Source: an uncultured cyanobacterium
Lineage (GTDB): Bacteria > Cyanobacteriota > Cyanobacteriia > CAKZMO01
Direction of reading: 5' to 3'
Length of the DNA stretch: 64,000 bases
Assembly (NCBI GenBank): GCA_963719515.1
Contig: CAVRCJ010000010.1
Coordinates: 320,001-384,000, forward strand
The notes under the pieces are model-generated. The model saw nothing but the letters and a program-made list of their open reading frames with translations, was not told the origin of the DNA and ran no database searches. Position 1 is the stretch's first letter. The number at the start of each line of letters is the position of its first letter. Of this stretch, positions 16,377 to 27,076 are shown piece after piece. Made by a program: the position numbers and the translations under genes.

Positions 16377-18503
16377 TCACCCCTTTAAATATCGCTCCAT
16401 TGCCCGTAGCGCTGTCCAAATCAGCTTAAAGTATCCCGGCTCAGCAACATCGATTGCCGCAGCTTCTGACCGGCTAGCCCCGAGTAGTCCCTCACCGGTT
16501 ACCCCATCCACCACCAGCACCTCCTGCTGGCCGTTCCGCAGCCGCAGCTCTGAGCCGTCCTCCCGCTGAAACACGCCGCAGACGTAGGGGCGCTCGTTGT
16601 GGGTAAAGCGAATCGGCTTCACCGCTTGGTGCGCCAGCCCCGAGACCTCGATCCTATCCACGTCGATATCTTCCACCGCAGGCCGCGCCCCCGCCAGCTC
16701 TAGCTCCACGCTCTGCTTCCCCTGCCACTCGTTGAGCCGCAGCTTATAGGCCACGTCCAATCTCTCTGGCAGCGGGTAATAGTCCCCCCAGCGCCAGGCG
16801 ATCGCCGTCCTTTGGGCCGATTTACCTGAACCAGCGGGGTCTTCTAGGGTCAGCTTTAGGTGACTGCGATCGCGGCCTACGGTGCGCTGCTCTACCACTC
16901 GCACCCCCGGCGTCCAAAACAGCGGCTCCGGGTTGCCAATGCCGCAGGGCTGCAGGCGGTCCATTTGCTGAAACAGCTCTAGAGTGACGACGCTGAGGGG
17001 GGTCTGGCCGTCGATATTGAGCGCGGGCTTGAGGTGGTGGGGATGCAGGGTGAGGTTGGCGTAGAGCTGCAGGCGGCGGCGAAAGGCCTCTAGGTTGGCG
17101 GCAGGCAGGGTGAAGCCCCCGGCGGCGGGGTGACCGCCAAACTTCCCCAGCACCGAGCCGCTAAACTGCAGCGCCCCGAACACGTCAAACTCAGGGATGC
17201 CCCGGGCGGAGCCGCGCAGGTGCTGGGCCTGACTCAGGTCGCTGGTGGGGCTCAGCTCGGCCTCGTCCACATCCTCGTCCGTGCCGATGAACACCGGCAC
17301 CCCGTAGCGCTCCACGAGACGTGAGGCCACAATGCCAATCACGCCGTGGTGCCAGCCGGGGCGCACCACCACCAGCACCCGCTCTTCCGCTAGGTCAGGC
17401 TTGGTGGTCTCGATGTAGGCGATCGCCTCCGCCTCAATTAGCTCGCACAGCTGGCGGCGGGTGCCGTTGACCTGCTCGCAGGCCATGGCCCGCTCTAGGG
17501 CCACACCCTCGTCGTCGGTGGTCAATAGCTCAATCACCGTCTGTGGGTTGCTGATTCGCCCCACGGCGTTGATACGTGGCCCCAGCCGAAACCCAATCGC
17601 TTCCGGCTTCAGCGCCTTTTTACTGCCCTCTATTCCCGACACCTGAATCAGCGCCTTCACCCCCGCAATCTTGGAGTGCGGCAGCAGCGCCAGCCCCTGC
17701 TGCACCCAGCGGCGGTTCACCCCCGTCAGAGAAGCGAGGTCGGCAATGGTGCCTAGGGTAAACAGCGCCAGCAGCGGGTCCGCCAATAGCAGACCGTAGC
17801 CCAGCGACTCCGCCAGCTCCCGCGCCAGCAGGTAGGCGACCCCAACGCCCGCCAGCCCCCGGTAGGGCGATCGCTCATCGATCAGCTTGGGGTTCAAGAT
17901 GGCGTTGGCGGGGGGGATTTGGGGCGGAACGTCGTGATGGTCGGTGATAATTACCGCCAAGCCTAGCTCCCGCGCCCTGGCGACAGGGTCGTAGGCGGCG
18001 ATGCCGTTGTCTACGGTGAGGATAATCTGCACACCTTCGGCGTGGAAGTCCTCCACGATGCGGCGGTTGATGCCGTAGCCCTCCATCATGCGGCTAGGTA
18101 TTGCATAGTCCACATCCGCACCCATGGCCCGCAGCGCCCGAATTAGCAGCGCCGTGCTGGTCATCCCGTCGGCGTCGTAGTCGCCGCAGATGGCGATCTT
18201 TTGGTCGGTGGCGATCGCCTGGCTCAGCAGCTCTAGGGCGTGGGCAAAGTCAGGGAAGTCGTCACCGGCGGCGGGCAGGGTCTCTAGGGTGGGGTCTAAG
18301 AACCGCGCTGCGGCCTCTACGGTATCAAAGCCCCGGTTGACCAACACCTGGGCCAGCAGGGGCGGCAGGTCGGTGGCGGCGGCGATCGCCCTTGCCTCGG
18401 CTGACAGTTCAGTAATACGCCACCGCTGCTCCGGCAACGATCGAGATTGAGAGGCAGCATCAAAGGCGGAGGGGCGAGGGTCAGATAGGGGAGGATGAAC
18501 CAC
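16377..18503 (-). CDS. recJ: Single-stranded-DNA-specific exonuclease RecJ
   Basis: GDYDADG, TVDNGI, TDHH, GPRINAVGR, GSAR, FGGHPAAGG motifs. Confidence 0.95.
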   Translation of the reverse strand: MVHPPLSDPRPSAFDAASQSRSLPEQRWRITELSAEARAIAAATDLPPLLAQVLVNRGFDTVEAAARFLDPTLETLPAAGDDFPDFAHALELLSQAIATDQKIAICGDYDADGMTSTALLIRALRAMGADVDYAIPSRMMEGYGINRRIVEDFHAEGVQIILTVDNGIAAYDPVARARELGLAVIITDHHDVPPQIPPANAILNPKLIDERSPYRGLAGVGVAYLLARELAESLGYGLLLADPLLALFTLGTIADLASLTGVNRRWVQQGLALLPHSKIAGVKALIQVSGIEGSKKALKPEAIGFRLGPRINAVGRISNPQTVIELLTTDDEGVALERAMACEQVNGTRRQLCELIEAEAIAYIETTKPDLAEERVLVVVRPGWHHGVIGIVASRLVERYGVPVFIGTDEDVDEAELSPTSDLSQAQHLRGSARGIPEFDVFGALQFSGSVLGKFGGHPAAGGFTLPAANLEAFRRRLQLYANLTLHPHHLKPALNIDGQTPLSVVTLELFQQMDRLQPCGIGNPEPLFWTPGVRVVEQRTVGRDRSHLKLTLEDPAGSGKSAQRTAIAWRWGDYYPLPERLDVAYKLRLNEWQGKQSVELELAGARPAVEDIDVDRIEVSGLAHQAVKPIRFTHNERPYVCGVFQREDGSELRLRNGQQEVLVVDGVTGEGLLGASRSEAAAIDVAEPGYFKLIWTALRAMERYLKG

Positions 18504-18619
18504 AGACGGCTTAACCTTCGTGGATAGCGACCGGAGGGACTAGGCCTCAGTATAGAGAGCTAGCGTATGGAACCCCGCTTTCGTAACAAAATCTCAAGGG
18601 ATGGACTCTAGAAATTGCG

Positions 18620-19027
18620 GTGAATACTCCCTATGCGAACCGTCTTGACCTTGAATCCATTAGGGATAGGGCGGTGCAGAACGATGCGCATCGTGCCCAG
18701 CTTAAGCAACTTGATTTGGCTACCCGTCACCGGGTTTTCCTTGAACTGCGGAAAGAGGAACGAGCGGTACTGCCCAAACTTTTTGAAGCGCGGAAAACCA
18801 TGACCTCTCTCCTTCCTCGCAGCAAATGCTGCCTCTACCCTGCGAATAGGCTCTTGAAGCACCTGAGACTGCACGTCCTTCAGGTGAGGAAATATCTTCT
18901 TAGCCGCAGTCAGCGCATTTTGCTGCTTGTAGTAGTGCGCCGCTCCTTAATTGTTCGCCTACGGCTCACGCGCCCTTCATCCCGACGCTGATGCTGCGCA
19001 TACAGCGCGGGACTTCCCGTCTAATAG
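18620..19027 (-). mobile_element. Doubly deleted derivative of the tnpB IS200/IS605 element
   Basis: Intact left end, about 300 bp nearly identical to tnpB 28063-28366, then only GGGAGTATTCAC of the right end. Confidence 0.9.
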
Positions 19028-19029
19028 TT

Positions 19030-19078
19030 AAAGAGCCCCGCAGTGCCAGAACACTATGTCTTGGCACTGCGGGGCTTT
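19030..19078 (-). terminator. Rho-independent terminator of the DUF4383-like gene
   Basis: 15-bp stem agccccgcagtgcca/tggcactgcggggct followed by CTTT on the minus strand. Confidence 0.7.
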
Positions 19079-19131
19079 GGCGATACAGGCCGCTGCTAGA
19101 AGCTAGCTTGTAGTCGGAGCTCAGCTGAGGC

Positions 19132-19572
19132 TTAGGCTTTGCCGCCGGAGATCTCAAGCAGGTCAGGGGTCTTGATGAAGCCGAAGTAGATGGCAAATAC
19201 CGCCGTGATGGCATGCAGGATGACGTTAGTCCCAAACAGCGGCGTTAAACCAAAGAGGGTATCAGCGTAGGGGATGAGGCCAAGGACCGCACCTGCAGTC
19301 ATAATGATGCCTAAAAGGCCGGAGAAGGCGCGAGCGCTGTCGAGGGCGATCGCCGTGGCAATACCGGTGAGGCCGAGCAGGAGGTTGATGCCACTACTCA
19401 AGTTGTTGACAGGGAGAATCCCTAGGAGATAGCTAAAAGTGGCGTTAAGGTCTGGATCGACGGTTAGGTTGGCAGAGTCAATAGTCTCAATGGCATTAGG
19501 AATTAGTCCTAAAATCCCGAGGACGAGATAAATGACGCCGAAGGTCAAAGTAAAATACTGTGTGGATTTCAT
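19132..19572 (-). CDS. DUF4383-like four-TM membrane protein
   Basis: FGVIYLVLGILGLIP...LLGILPVN...LFGLTPLFG.NVILH pattern; ATG at 19572. Confidence 0.7.
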   Translation of the reverse strand: MKSTQYFTLTFGVIYLVLGILGLIPNAIETIDSANLTVDPDLNATFSYLLGILPVNNLSSGINLLLGLTGIATAIALDSARAFSGLLGIIMTAGAVLGLIPYADTLFGLTPLFGTNVILHAITAVFAIYFGFIKTPDLLEISGGKA

Positions 19573-19931
19573 AGATTCTCCAATGAATAAAGGTGAAAAT
19601 TTCTGCCTAGTCTTGTCTTTTTTCAACTAGGAACGCGCATTAGTGAGCAGCTTCTATTAGGTCATCTCAGAAGAAATTAGGGATGAGCGTCGCTGACATC
19701 TCACAATGTCTATCGCGTTAAGTTCTTCAGCTTTACTATAGATAACCTTTCCAGGGTAAATATCGATAAAAGGCATCAGTTTTCTCTGTGCCAAAAGAGA
19801 GAGAATCTTGTCAATCTATTAATCAAATTGACGATTGAGGTTGCTTATGACCCTCCGGCAGCACAGTCTCTAGCAGCACGGCTATGACTCAGCGGTACTC
19901 GGGTCACCGCTCAAGCAATCCCTTCAAAAGA

Positions 19932-20678
19932 TCAGCGTACGTCCTGATAAAATCGCTTTAGCCAGGAGGTGGGTACGCTGAACCCCCACAAAATGCCGAT
20001 CATTAAATAGACCAGGTTAGCCCGCAGCGGCCCCCACTTCGCAACCCGGCGATCGCTAGAATAAACCACTCGGTTCACCAGGCGAATACGCCCCTGCTGC
20101 ACCAGTCTGAGGCAGAGATCACCGTCCTCCATAATTGGCATCGTTGGGTCGAACCCGCCGCAGGCCCAAAACGCTTTTGTATGGCAAAAAATTACCTGGT
20201 CTCCAAACAGCAGCCGTAGGCCACGCAAAAACAGGTGAGGCCGAAACAGCAGGGGAGCATAGAACGTTTTGAGGTAGTTGTGCAGCGAAGTGCCCCAGCG
20301 CGTTACCGTTCTACCCTGCATTAGCGAAATAAAGCCACCGCCTGCAACGTTCTGCTGCTGTAAAGTATGCTCAATCAGCCACAAGACATCGTTGGGCACC
20401 TCCGTATCGGCGTGGAGAAAACAGAGGACGTCGCCGCTAGCAGCCCTAGCCCCCTCATTCATCTGCAGCGATCGCCCAGGAAGACCATCTATTCTCATGA
20501 TAGGAACCGGACAGCGGTGGGTCTGCAGAGCGATCGCTGCCCTTGTTCCATCGGTGCTGCCGCCATCTACGACGATAATTTCCAGCGGCAGCGGCTGGAG
20601 CTGAGCGAGGCCAATCAGGGTTTGGTTGATACAGGCTTCTTCGTTCAGCGTAGGAATTATAATGGAGCAGCGAAGCAT
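19932..20678 (-). CDS. GT2 glycosyltransferase (TIGR04283-like)
   Basis: SIIIPTLNE, VVDGGSTD, QMNEGA, FLHADT, FGDQ, MED, SSDRR motifs. Confidence 0.85.
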   Translation of the reverse strand: MLRCSIIIPTLNEEACINQTLIGLAQLQPLPLEIIVVDGGSTDGTRAAIALQTHRCPVPIMRIDGLPGRSLQMNEGARAASGDVLCFLHADTEVPNDVLWLIEHTLQQQNVAGGGFISLMQGRTVTRWGTSLHNYLKTFYAPLLFRPHLFLRGLRLLFGDQVIFCHTKAFWACGGFDPTMPIMEDGDLCLRLVQQGRIRLVNRVVYSSDRRVAKWGPLRANLVYLMIGILWGFSVPTSWLKRFYQDVR

Positions 20679-20754
20679 AGGTGATATAAGTGAGGTCAAT
20701 CCTGGCTCATTCTCACGTAGACTGCTAGCCTTCTAAAACACCATTTAGATCACT

Positions 20755-21144
20755 ATGTTCGAGCGCATCAACCTTCCCGACGATATTCTCCCATCGGTTG
20801 CCCCCTATTCCCACGCCGTGAGAGCTGGAGATTTCCTATTTGTGACCGGTCAGCTGGCTGAAGACCCCCAGACGGGACAGGTGGTGCGCGGCAGCATTGA
20901 GACTCAGACCATCCGCGTGATGGAAAACCTGAAGCTGGTGCTTCAACACGCCGGGTCAGACTTTGACCGGGTGACGATGGCGCGAATTTTCGTCACTGAT
21001 TTTCGCTTTTACGACCCCGTTAACGAGATCTACGCCTCGTACTTTCCAGAGGGTGCGCTGCCGGGGCGAACAACGGTGGGGGTGACGGCGCTGGCGGCTT
21101 ATGGCGATGTGGAAATTGATTTGATTGCCTACTGCGGGAATTAA
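20755..21144 (+). CDS. RidA/YjgF family protein
   Basis: PYSHAV, LFVTGQL, N.IYA.YF...PGRTTVGV..L...VEIDLIA. Confidence 0.9.
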   Translation: MFERINLPDDILPSVAPYSHAVRAGDFLFVTGQLAEDPQTGQVVRGSIETQTIRVMENLKLVLQHAGSDFDRVTMARIFVTDFRFYDPVNEIYASYFPEGALPGRTTVGVTALAAYGDVEIDLIAYCGN

Positions 21145-21315
21145 TTGGCGATCGCTTCTAAGACGTTATCAATACTTTGCTTAGCGGCCCGCTCGCTAAA
21201 CGCCAGTGGGTCACCACAGCGTACGCAGGCCGCCTTCCAAGACGTTTCTGAACCGCCCAGAGCGCTACCCTAGAGGAGTGAAGCTCGCCGCTTCAAACGC
21301 AGTTCAACGCCGGTA

Positions 21316-23205
21316 ATGCTCATGGCCCCAGACCCTCATCCTTCAAATCCTAGCAACGGGGACGCCCCCTCGCTGAGCGATCGCTACACCGATTTTATTG
21401 ACCTGATCATTGACAACACCCTAAAAGGTAAGGTCCGCTCTAAAGAATACGTCTACAACCAGCTCGTCAAAAAACTCAAGCTAGGGGCGGGCGAAATCTT
21501 TGAGCGGTGCCTGCTCACGCGGCGCGGGGAAATTGACCAACAGTTAGAAGCCCAGAGAGACGAGCTGAAGCGCGCCAAGATTGAGCGTCAGAGCAAGGCA
21601 CTGCGCACCCTTGAAGACGCTTGGCGACAGTATCAAGATAGCCAGCAGAGCAAAACCGCCAGCAGCGATGCCGTTAGCCAGCTGATGCAGGCGACTGATG
21701 AGGAACGCCTCTCAGTGCTGGTCAATATCCTCGATCCCAACCAGACCTACGTCTTTAACCATCACCACATCGAGCTGCTGGCCCAGGCGCTAGCTCAGGT
21801 GCAGCCCAGCGACAATAATCACGGACTCGTTGAAGAACTGCACCGCATCGCCACCGGGCTGAAGCAGGGGCTAGCCACCTACACCGCTCTGCAGCCCCAC
21901 CTGCTCGGCTGGCTGTATGAAAATCCTCGTGCCGTCGGCTTTACCCAATCTGCGGTGAGCGATAATAATCCCTGGAACTATTGGGCAAGACATACGAGCC
22001 AGCCCCTCCCCCAGATGCTGTTTACCGCTCAAGCTCGTAATCAGTCTGCCCGAGCGATCGCTCAGCAGCGCAGCACTCTCGACCTGAGCGCTTGGGTCGA
22101 GCTGATGGTGCTGCTGCGGGGAATGCAAAGCGGCCTGGTGGAGTGGTTTGACAAGCAGCCCTATAGCTTTAAGGTGGGCCGCAACCTCTCAGCAGCCACT
22201 TTCTTTGCCTTTGCTATTATCTGGTGCGAGCTCAGCGAAGGCTCCCGCGCAGCTCAGCAAGCAGGGTTCAACCGCCTTTCTAGCGCCTGTTTTCAGGTAG
22301 CGCTGCAGATTCTGCGCACCTTCGCCCAGCGCGACAATTTTCCCCTCTACGGCGGTGTGTTCGTCTCCTTTTCAGGAGATAGCTTCCGCAATACAATCAC
22401 CTACCTCGACCAGCCCCTAAAAGCGATTGAAAAGACCCAGGAAAAAGCGAGAATTCTGACAATTTTGGGCTACTCTCAGCAGTGGGTGGGCAATCGCGAA
22501 CAGGCTAGACAGCTCTACGAAGAGGCTCTTGACCTAGCCCGCCAGGCCGCAGACCAAACCTGCGAGGTGGCCAACCTCAACCACCTCAGCCGCTTGAGCG
22601 TTGGGCAGCGGGAGTTTTCCGAGGCAATAGCCCACGGCCAGCGCGCCCTGCTGCTGGCTCGCCAGAGCGGTGATTCCATGGGGGAGACAAACGCGATCGC
22701 CAATCTGGGCTATGCCGAAGTGCGGCAAACTCAGCAGCAAGAGCACGTTACGACCCTGATGCTAGAGCCCGTTGTCCAAAGGCTGGAGCGGGGGCTGGCC
22801 CTATCAGACAAGCATAAAGACCTGCTATCAGGGCTGTTTTGCTCACTGGGTCTGGGTACGGCGCACCTGCTGCTGGAGCAAGCGAGTCTTGCAAAACCCT
22901 ACCTGGACCGTAGCCTTGTAGCCTCTATTCAGACAGGTAATCTAGAGCTAGAAGGGCTGAGCCATGCCGCGCTGGCCGAGGTGCTCTATCAGCTCGGCCA
23001 GCCAGGGGATGCAGTCGTTCATGCCTGCTTGGGGCTGTACTTGCTAGAGCAGAAAGAGGCGGCACAGCAGCAGGCGGCCAACCTGGTCGCCATTCTCAAG
23101 GGGCAGCTTGGGGATCGGTTTAAACAAATTTTGCAGCAGCAGCGATCGCAGATCGTTTCTCGAATTAGTGTTGAGGGCTATGACGACTTGTTAGAGCGAC
23201 ATTAA
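21316..23205 (+). CDS. Cyanobacterial TPR-repeat hypothetical protein
   Basis: 629-aa ORF with C-terminal long TPRs (ALDLARQAADQTCEVANLNHL; ALLLARQSGD..GETNAIANLG). Confidence 0.7.
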   Translation: MLMAPDPHPSNPSNGDAPSLSDRYTDFIDLIIDNTLKGKVRSKEYVYNQLVKKLKLGAGEIFERCLLTRRGEIDQQLEAQRDELKRAKIERQSKALRTLEDAWRQYQDSQQSKTASSDAVSQLMQATDEERLSVLVNILDPNQTYVFNHHHIELLAQALAQVQPSDNNHGLVEELHRIATGLKQGLATYTALQPHLLGWLYENPRAVGFTQSAVSDNNPWNYWARHTSQPLPQMLFTAQARNQSARAIAQQRSTLDLSAWVELMVLLRGMQSGLVEWFDKQPYSFKVGRNLSAATFFAFAIIWCELSEGSRAAQQAGFNRLSSACFQVALQILRTFAQRDNFPLYGGVFVSFSGDSFRNTITYLDQPLKAIEKTQEKARILTILGYSQQWVGNREQARQLYEEALDLARQAADQTCEVANLNHLSRLSVGQREFSEAIAHGQRALLLARQSGDSMGETNAIANLGYAEVRQTQQQEHVTTLMLEPVVQRLERGLALSDKHKDLLSGLFCSLGLGTAHLLLEQASLAKPYLDRSLVASIQTGNLELEGLSHAALAEVLYQLGQPGDAVVHACLGLYLLEQKEAAQQQAANLVAILKGQLGDRFKQILQQQRSQIVSRISVEGYDDLLERH

Positions 23206-23301
23206 GAGCTAGCAGCCTGAAGAAAGTTAATTCGACAGGCAGTTCTCTTTGCTGAACCTCCCTTGCGCTGTCCCGTAGTGGCTAAATTCTCAACTCTCCC
23301 T

Positions 23302-23976
23302 ATGACTCCCTCCAGCAAGCAGTGGACAGTCTGGGCGCTGCTGCTCAGCCTCACGGGCTGCATCAGTCCTCAGCCCAGCTCGAACCCATCTGAACCCTCC
23401 CCTACTCAAAGCGAAGCGGCCCGGCCAGAACCAGGGCGCCCGGCGCCGATCGCCCAAACCGACGGTCAAACCGACGCCGATATCTGGTCCCAGCTTCAGG
23501 AAGCCGATACCCACTACTACGTGCTGATGCGCCATGCGATCGCCCCTGGCACCGGCGATCCACCCAGCTTCGACCTACAGGACTGCTCCACACAGCGCAA
23601 CCTGTCAGAAGAAGGGCTGACCCAGGCCCGGCGCACCGGGGAGCTGTTTCGACAAAAGAACGTAGCGGCCGGGCAGGTCCTCTCTAGCGAATGGTGCCGC
23701 TGCCTTGACACCGCTACCCAGCTGGCTCTTGGTCCCGTAGAACCGTTCCCCACCCTAAACTCATTCTTCGAAAACCGTGCCCAGGGTCCAGAGCGTACCG
23801 AGCGTCTGCAAGCGTTCATGGCCGAGCATAAAGAGGCTCAGCAGGTGACGGTGATGGTGACCCACTTCGTCAATATTTCAGCGATTGCAGGAAGCGGCGT
23901 CGCTTCCGGGGAGATGGTGGTGATGCGATATGAGCAAAATCAGCTCCAAGTTGTGGGCCGAATCGAAGCGCAATAA
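23302..23976 (+). CDS. Histidine phosphatase family lipoprotein
   Basis: Lipobox-like LSLTGC; MRHA, RNLS..G, SS.WCRC..TA, VTH motifs. Confidence 0.8.
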   Translation: MTPSSKQWTVWALLLSLTGCISPQPSSNPSEPSPTQSEAARPEPGRPAPIAQTDGQTDADIWSQLQEADTHYYVLMRHAIAPGTGDPPSFDLQDCSTQRNLSEEGLTQARRTGELFRQKNVAAGQVLSSEWCRCLDTATQLALGPVEPFPTLNSFFENRAQGPERTERLQAFMAEHKEAQQVTVMVTHFVNISAIAGSGVASGEMVVMRYEQNQLQVVGRIEAQ

Positions 23977-23990
23977 GGCTTAATTAAAGA

Positions 23991-24063
23991 AGCTGGTGAC
24001 AAGATTCGAACTTGCGACCGGCTGATTACAAATCAGCTGCTCTACCAACTGAGCTACACCAGC
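23991..24063 (-). tRNA. tRNA-Thr(TGT)
   Basis: Reverse complement GCTGGTGTAGCTCAGTTGGTAGAGCAGCTGATTTGTAATCAGC...GTTCGAATC...CACCAGCT. Confidence 0.97.
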
Positions 24064-24290
24064 AACAGGGATTCAATATAGCAGATTTCCCGTCCGCCTA
24101 GCCAATATTTTCAGCGCCCCGTAAACGGTGGCCTAGCGCAGCCCCCCTCCGAACCGCCGCCAATTCGCTACCCTAAATACTAGAGGTTCTGTATGATGAT
24201 GCGTTAGATTATGGTGCGGTGGGCTTACGCACAGTGCACCCTGCGTCTCTATATTGCCGCTTTCACTACTTTGTTTGGTTCTCAAAATTC

Positions 24291-25118
24291 ATGATTAACC
24301 CGACGCTCAGCGCCCCCCCCACTCAAAAGCTGAACCAGCTGCGATCGCTCTTCTCCGAGATGCAGCAGGCGCTGATTGCCTACTCAGGCGGCGTCGACAG
24401 CGCCCTAGTGGCGAAAGTGGCCTACGACGTGCTGGGCGATCGCGCTTTGGCCGTCACCGCCGACTCCCCCTCTCTGCTGCCCGAAGACCTAGAAGCCGCC
24501 CGCCAGCAGGCAGAGTTCGTTGGCATTCGCCACGAAATCGTCCACACCTACGAACTCGACAACCCCAACTACACCTCTAATCCCGTCAACCGCTGCTACT
24601 TTTGCAAAAGCGAGCTGCACGACACCCTCAAGCCTTTGGCCCTAGAGCGGGGTTATCCCTACGTGGTGGACGGCGTCAACGCCGATGACCTGCAGGACTA
24701 CCGGCCCGGCATTCAGGCAGCCAAAGAGCGAGGCGCGCGATCGCCTCTAGCGGAGGTGGGTATCACAAAGCTAGAGGTGCGGCAGATTTCGCGACAGCTG
24801 GGACTTGACTGGTGGGATAAGCCCTCCCAGCCTTGCCTCAGCTCCCGGTTCCCCTATGGCGAATCCATCACGGTAGACAAGCTGCGCCGGGTGGGGCAGG
24901 CAGAGCGCTACTTGAGAAACCTGGGGTACCGGGATCTGCGGGTGCGCTCGGATGGGGACACGGCCCGCATTGAGCTGCCGCCGGGGGAGATTACGCCCTT
25001 CGTGCTGAACGTAGACCGCGATGCCATGGTGGCAGCGTTTCAGGAAATGGGGTTTTTGTACGTCACCTTAGACCTAGAGGGCTACCGCAGCGGCAAGCTC
25101 AACCGGGTGCTAGCTTAG
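24291..25118 (+). CDS. larE: ATP-dependent sacrificial sulfur transferase LarE (PP-loop)
   Basis: AYSGGVDS, NRCYFCK, DGVNADD..DYRPG, PCLSSRFPYG, DLEGYRSG. Confidence 0.9.
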   Translation: MINPTLSAPPTQKLNQLRSLFSEMQQALIAYSGGVDSALVAKVAYDVLGDRALAVTADSPSLLPEDLEAARQQAEFVGIRHEIVHTYELDNPNYTSNPVNRCYFCKSELHDTLKPLALERGYPYVVDGVNADDLQDYRPGIQAAKERGARSPLAEVGITKLEVRQISRQLGLDWWDKPSQPCLSSRFPYGESITVDKLRRVGQAERYLRNLGYRDLRVRSDGDTARIELPPGEITPFVLNVDRDAMVAAFQEMGFLYVTLDLEGYRSGKLNRVLA

Positions 25119-25178
25119 CCGTAGCGGCTGGGTAAACATCGGCAGATCTTAAAGACGCCCCGACGGGCGATCGCCAGC

Positions 25179-26006
25179 CTATAGCTCCTCAATAAGAATC
25201 GGACTTGAGACATGGCGTTGCGGCGCGCTGGCGTCTTCTACCGTAACGGCGATCGCCTTGATCCAGCGGCTGTCGCGGTAGACCGGCGGCAGAGGGATAG
25301 TTTCGCCTTCGCCCTCTGCCGTTTCGCCCTCTGCCGTAAACACGTAGGTGAGGATTGCGCCCTTCTCGTCTGTGGTGAACGGGGCGTCGGCCTGCAGCAC
25401 CGTCCACAGCGCATACACCTGACCCTCAGGAAGTGGGGGAAGTTCTGTCTCCAGCAGCGCCTTGAGGTTGGCGGCGTCAAGCGCTACTGTCACTGCGCCG
25501 TCTGCAGCGCTTCCTTCCGCCGGGTTGAGAGAAACCGTCAGAAAAGTCGCCTGCCCTTCGGTTTGCCTCTCGGCCTGTAGGGTCTGCAGCGATCGCCAGG
25601 TCAGGTAGTTGCTGAGGCTTAGCCCCACAATACATAGCGCCGCGATCGCCCCCAAATGTCTCCCCCAGCGGCCTCCCCAGCGGCGCGGTTCGGAGCGACC
25701 GTCACTAGACCATTCAAGGGAGCGGTTGGGCGGCGCAGGTCTAACCGTGGAGATAGATCTTGCCTGCGACGTCAGATGAGCGGCTTGGTGAGCATCCAGA
25801 AGTGACTCGCGTAAGCGACGGGGCGGCTGGACCTCCGCAGGGGCATAGGCCAGCTCAAACGCCTGCTGCATCTGCCTAACGTCTTGAGCGATCGCTGGAT
25901 CGGCCAGCATCTGCTCGATGGCAGCCGCTTCGTCTGGGCTCAAATCGCCCAAAACGTAGCCCGCGATTAATTCTTGCTGCTCTTTTCGAGACATCGACCC
26001 AGTCAC
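25179..26006 (-). CDS. RskA-like transmembrane anti-sigma factor
   Basis: AGYVLGDLSPDE N-terminus, single TM, LPPLPEGQVYALW and AVTVE; directly downstream of the ECF sigma. Confidence 0.85.
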   Translation of the reverse strand: MTGSMSRKEQQELIAGYVLGDLSPDEAAAIEQMLADPAIAQDVRQMQQAFELAYAPAEVQPPRRLRESLLDAHQAAHLTSQARSISTVRPAPPNRSLEWSSDGRSEPRRWGGRWGRHLGAIAALCIVGLSLSNYLTWRSLQTLQAERQTEGQATFLTVSLNPAEGSAADGAVTVALDAANLKALLETELPPLPEGQVYALWTVLQADAPFTTDEKGAILTYVFTAEGETAEGEGETIPLPPVYRDSRWIKAIAVTVEDASAPQRHVSSPILIEEL

Positions 26007-26045
26007 AGTGCCATCATCCCCCGTAAAAAATTGACCCAATGCCGC

Positions 26046-26630
26046 CTAAAGTTTGTTGGACTGCTGAATAACCTGGCGCAGGTTAAGCAAGCCGCGTCTG
26101 GCTCTGGACTTAACGGTGCCTACAGGAATATTGAGCTGTTCGGCGATCGCGGCTTGGGTAAGTCCGTCGTAGTAGATCATCTCTAGAACCTGGCGCTGAC
26201 TGCCCGATAGCGCGGCAAGCGCAGCCCGAACCTCCTGGGATCGCTCCTGCTGAAGTGCGGCGTCTGTAGGGTTGTCTGCTGCAGGTGGTGAGGCCCGCAT
26301 ATCGCCCTGGGATCGCCGCGACTGCTGCTCCCGCCGCCGCCGCGATCGCAACCGGTCTATGGCACGCGATCGCGTCAGAACCGCCAAAAACGTTCTGAGA
26401 GAGCCGCGCTGCGGATCATAGGACGAGCTCTCAGTCAGTTTAAGAAAAATATCCTGGGTGAGGTCTTCTGCTTCTTGAGCGCTACCCAAAACCTTGAGCG
26501 CAATACCGTAGACTAGACCCGCGTGGCGATCGTAGAGCAATCCTAAGGCATTGGTATCTCCCTGCGCGATCGCTGACCACAGGTGTCCGTCCGTTGGAGT
26601 CTCGTTAGGGTTAGATTTCCCAGAATCCAT
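26046..26630 (-). CDS. ECF RNA polymerase sigma factor (SigK-like)
   Basis: LYDRH..LVY..A, EAEDLTQDIFL, SRAIDRLR, YYDGLTQ..IA..L.IPVGTVKSR. Confidence 0.93.
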   Translation of the reverse strand: MDSGKSNPNETPTDGHLWSAIAQGDTNALGLLYDRHAGLVYGIALKVLGSAQEAEDLTQDIFLKLTESSSYDPQRGSLRTFLAVLTRSRAIDRLRSRRRREQQSRRSQGDMRASPPAADNPTDAALQQERSQEVRAALAALSGSQRQVLEMIYYDGLTQAAIAEQLNIPVGTVKSRARRGLLNLRQVIQQSNKL

Positions 26631-26964
26631 AGATCGCTGGATACACAGATACCACGACCCATCTTACCCTCTGACAGCAGGCTCCGATAGAACGCTCTCC
26701 GTAAAAACTACTACAGGTCAATTCAGACGTCCATAGGTCGGCGATTCTAGCGGGCTGTTAGAGAAGAAATATCGCTCGCCACAGCAGCATTGTTAATAAG
26801 CTAGTCGCCATCAGGCATACAGACTCTAGCGGGACGTATCGCATGAATTTTTTTTCATCCTGCATGGGCACCTCCTTTATCGTCACAACAGCAAGAACAC
26901 AACGAGCAGAAACACGGCAGCCAAGCAGCCTAAGGGATCGAACTCACGTCGAGTTCACTATAGA

Positions 26965-26990
26965 TACGCTGCTTACGGCAATTGGGATCC
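26965..26990 (-). promoter_or_regulatory. Putative ECF-sigma promoter (autoregulatory)
   Basis: Minus strand GGATCC-N16-CGTA pointing at the sigma gene. Confidence 0.65.
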
Positions 26991-27076
26991 ATTTAAGTTG
27001 AGATTACTTTTTGCAGGGAAAGGCATCTACAACAGCAGGTCGTTAGCTCTGTAGCAAACTAAAAAGAGCAGGCCTT

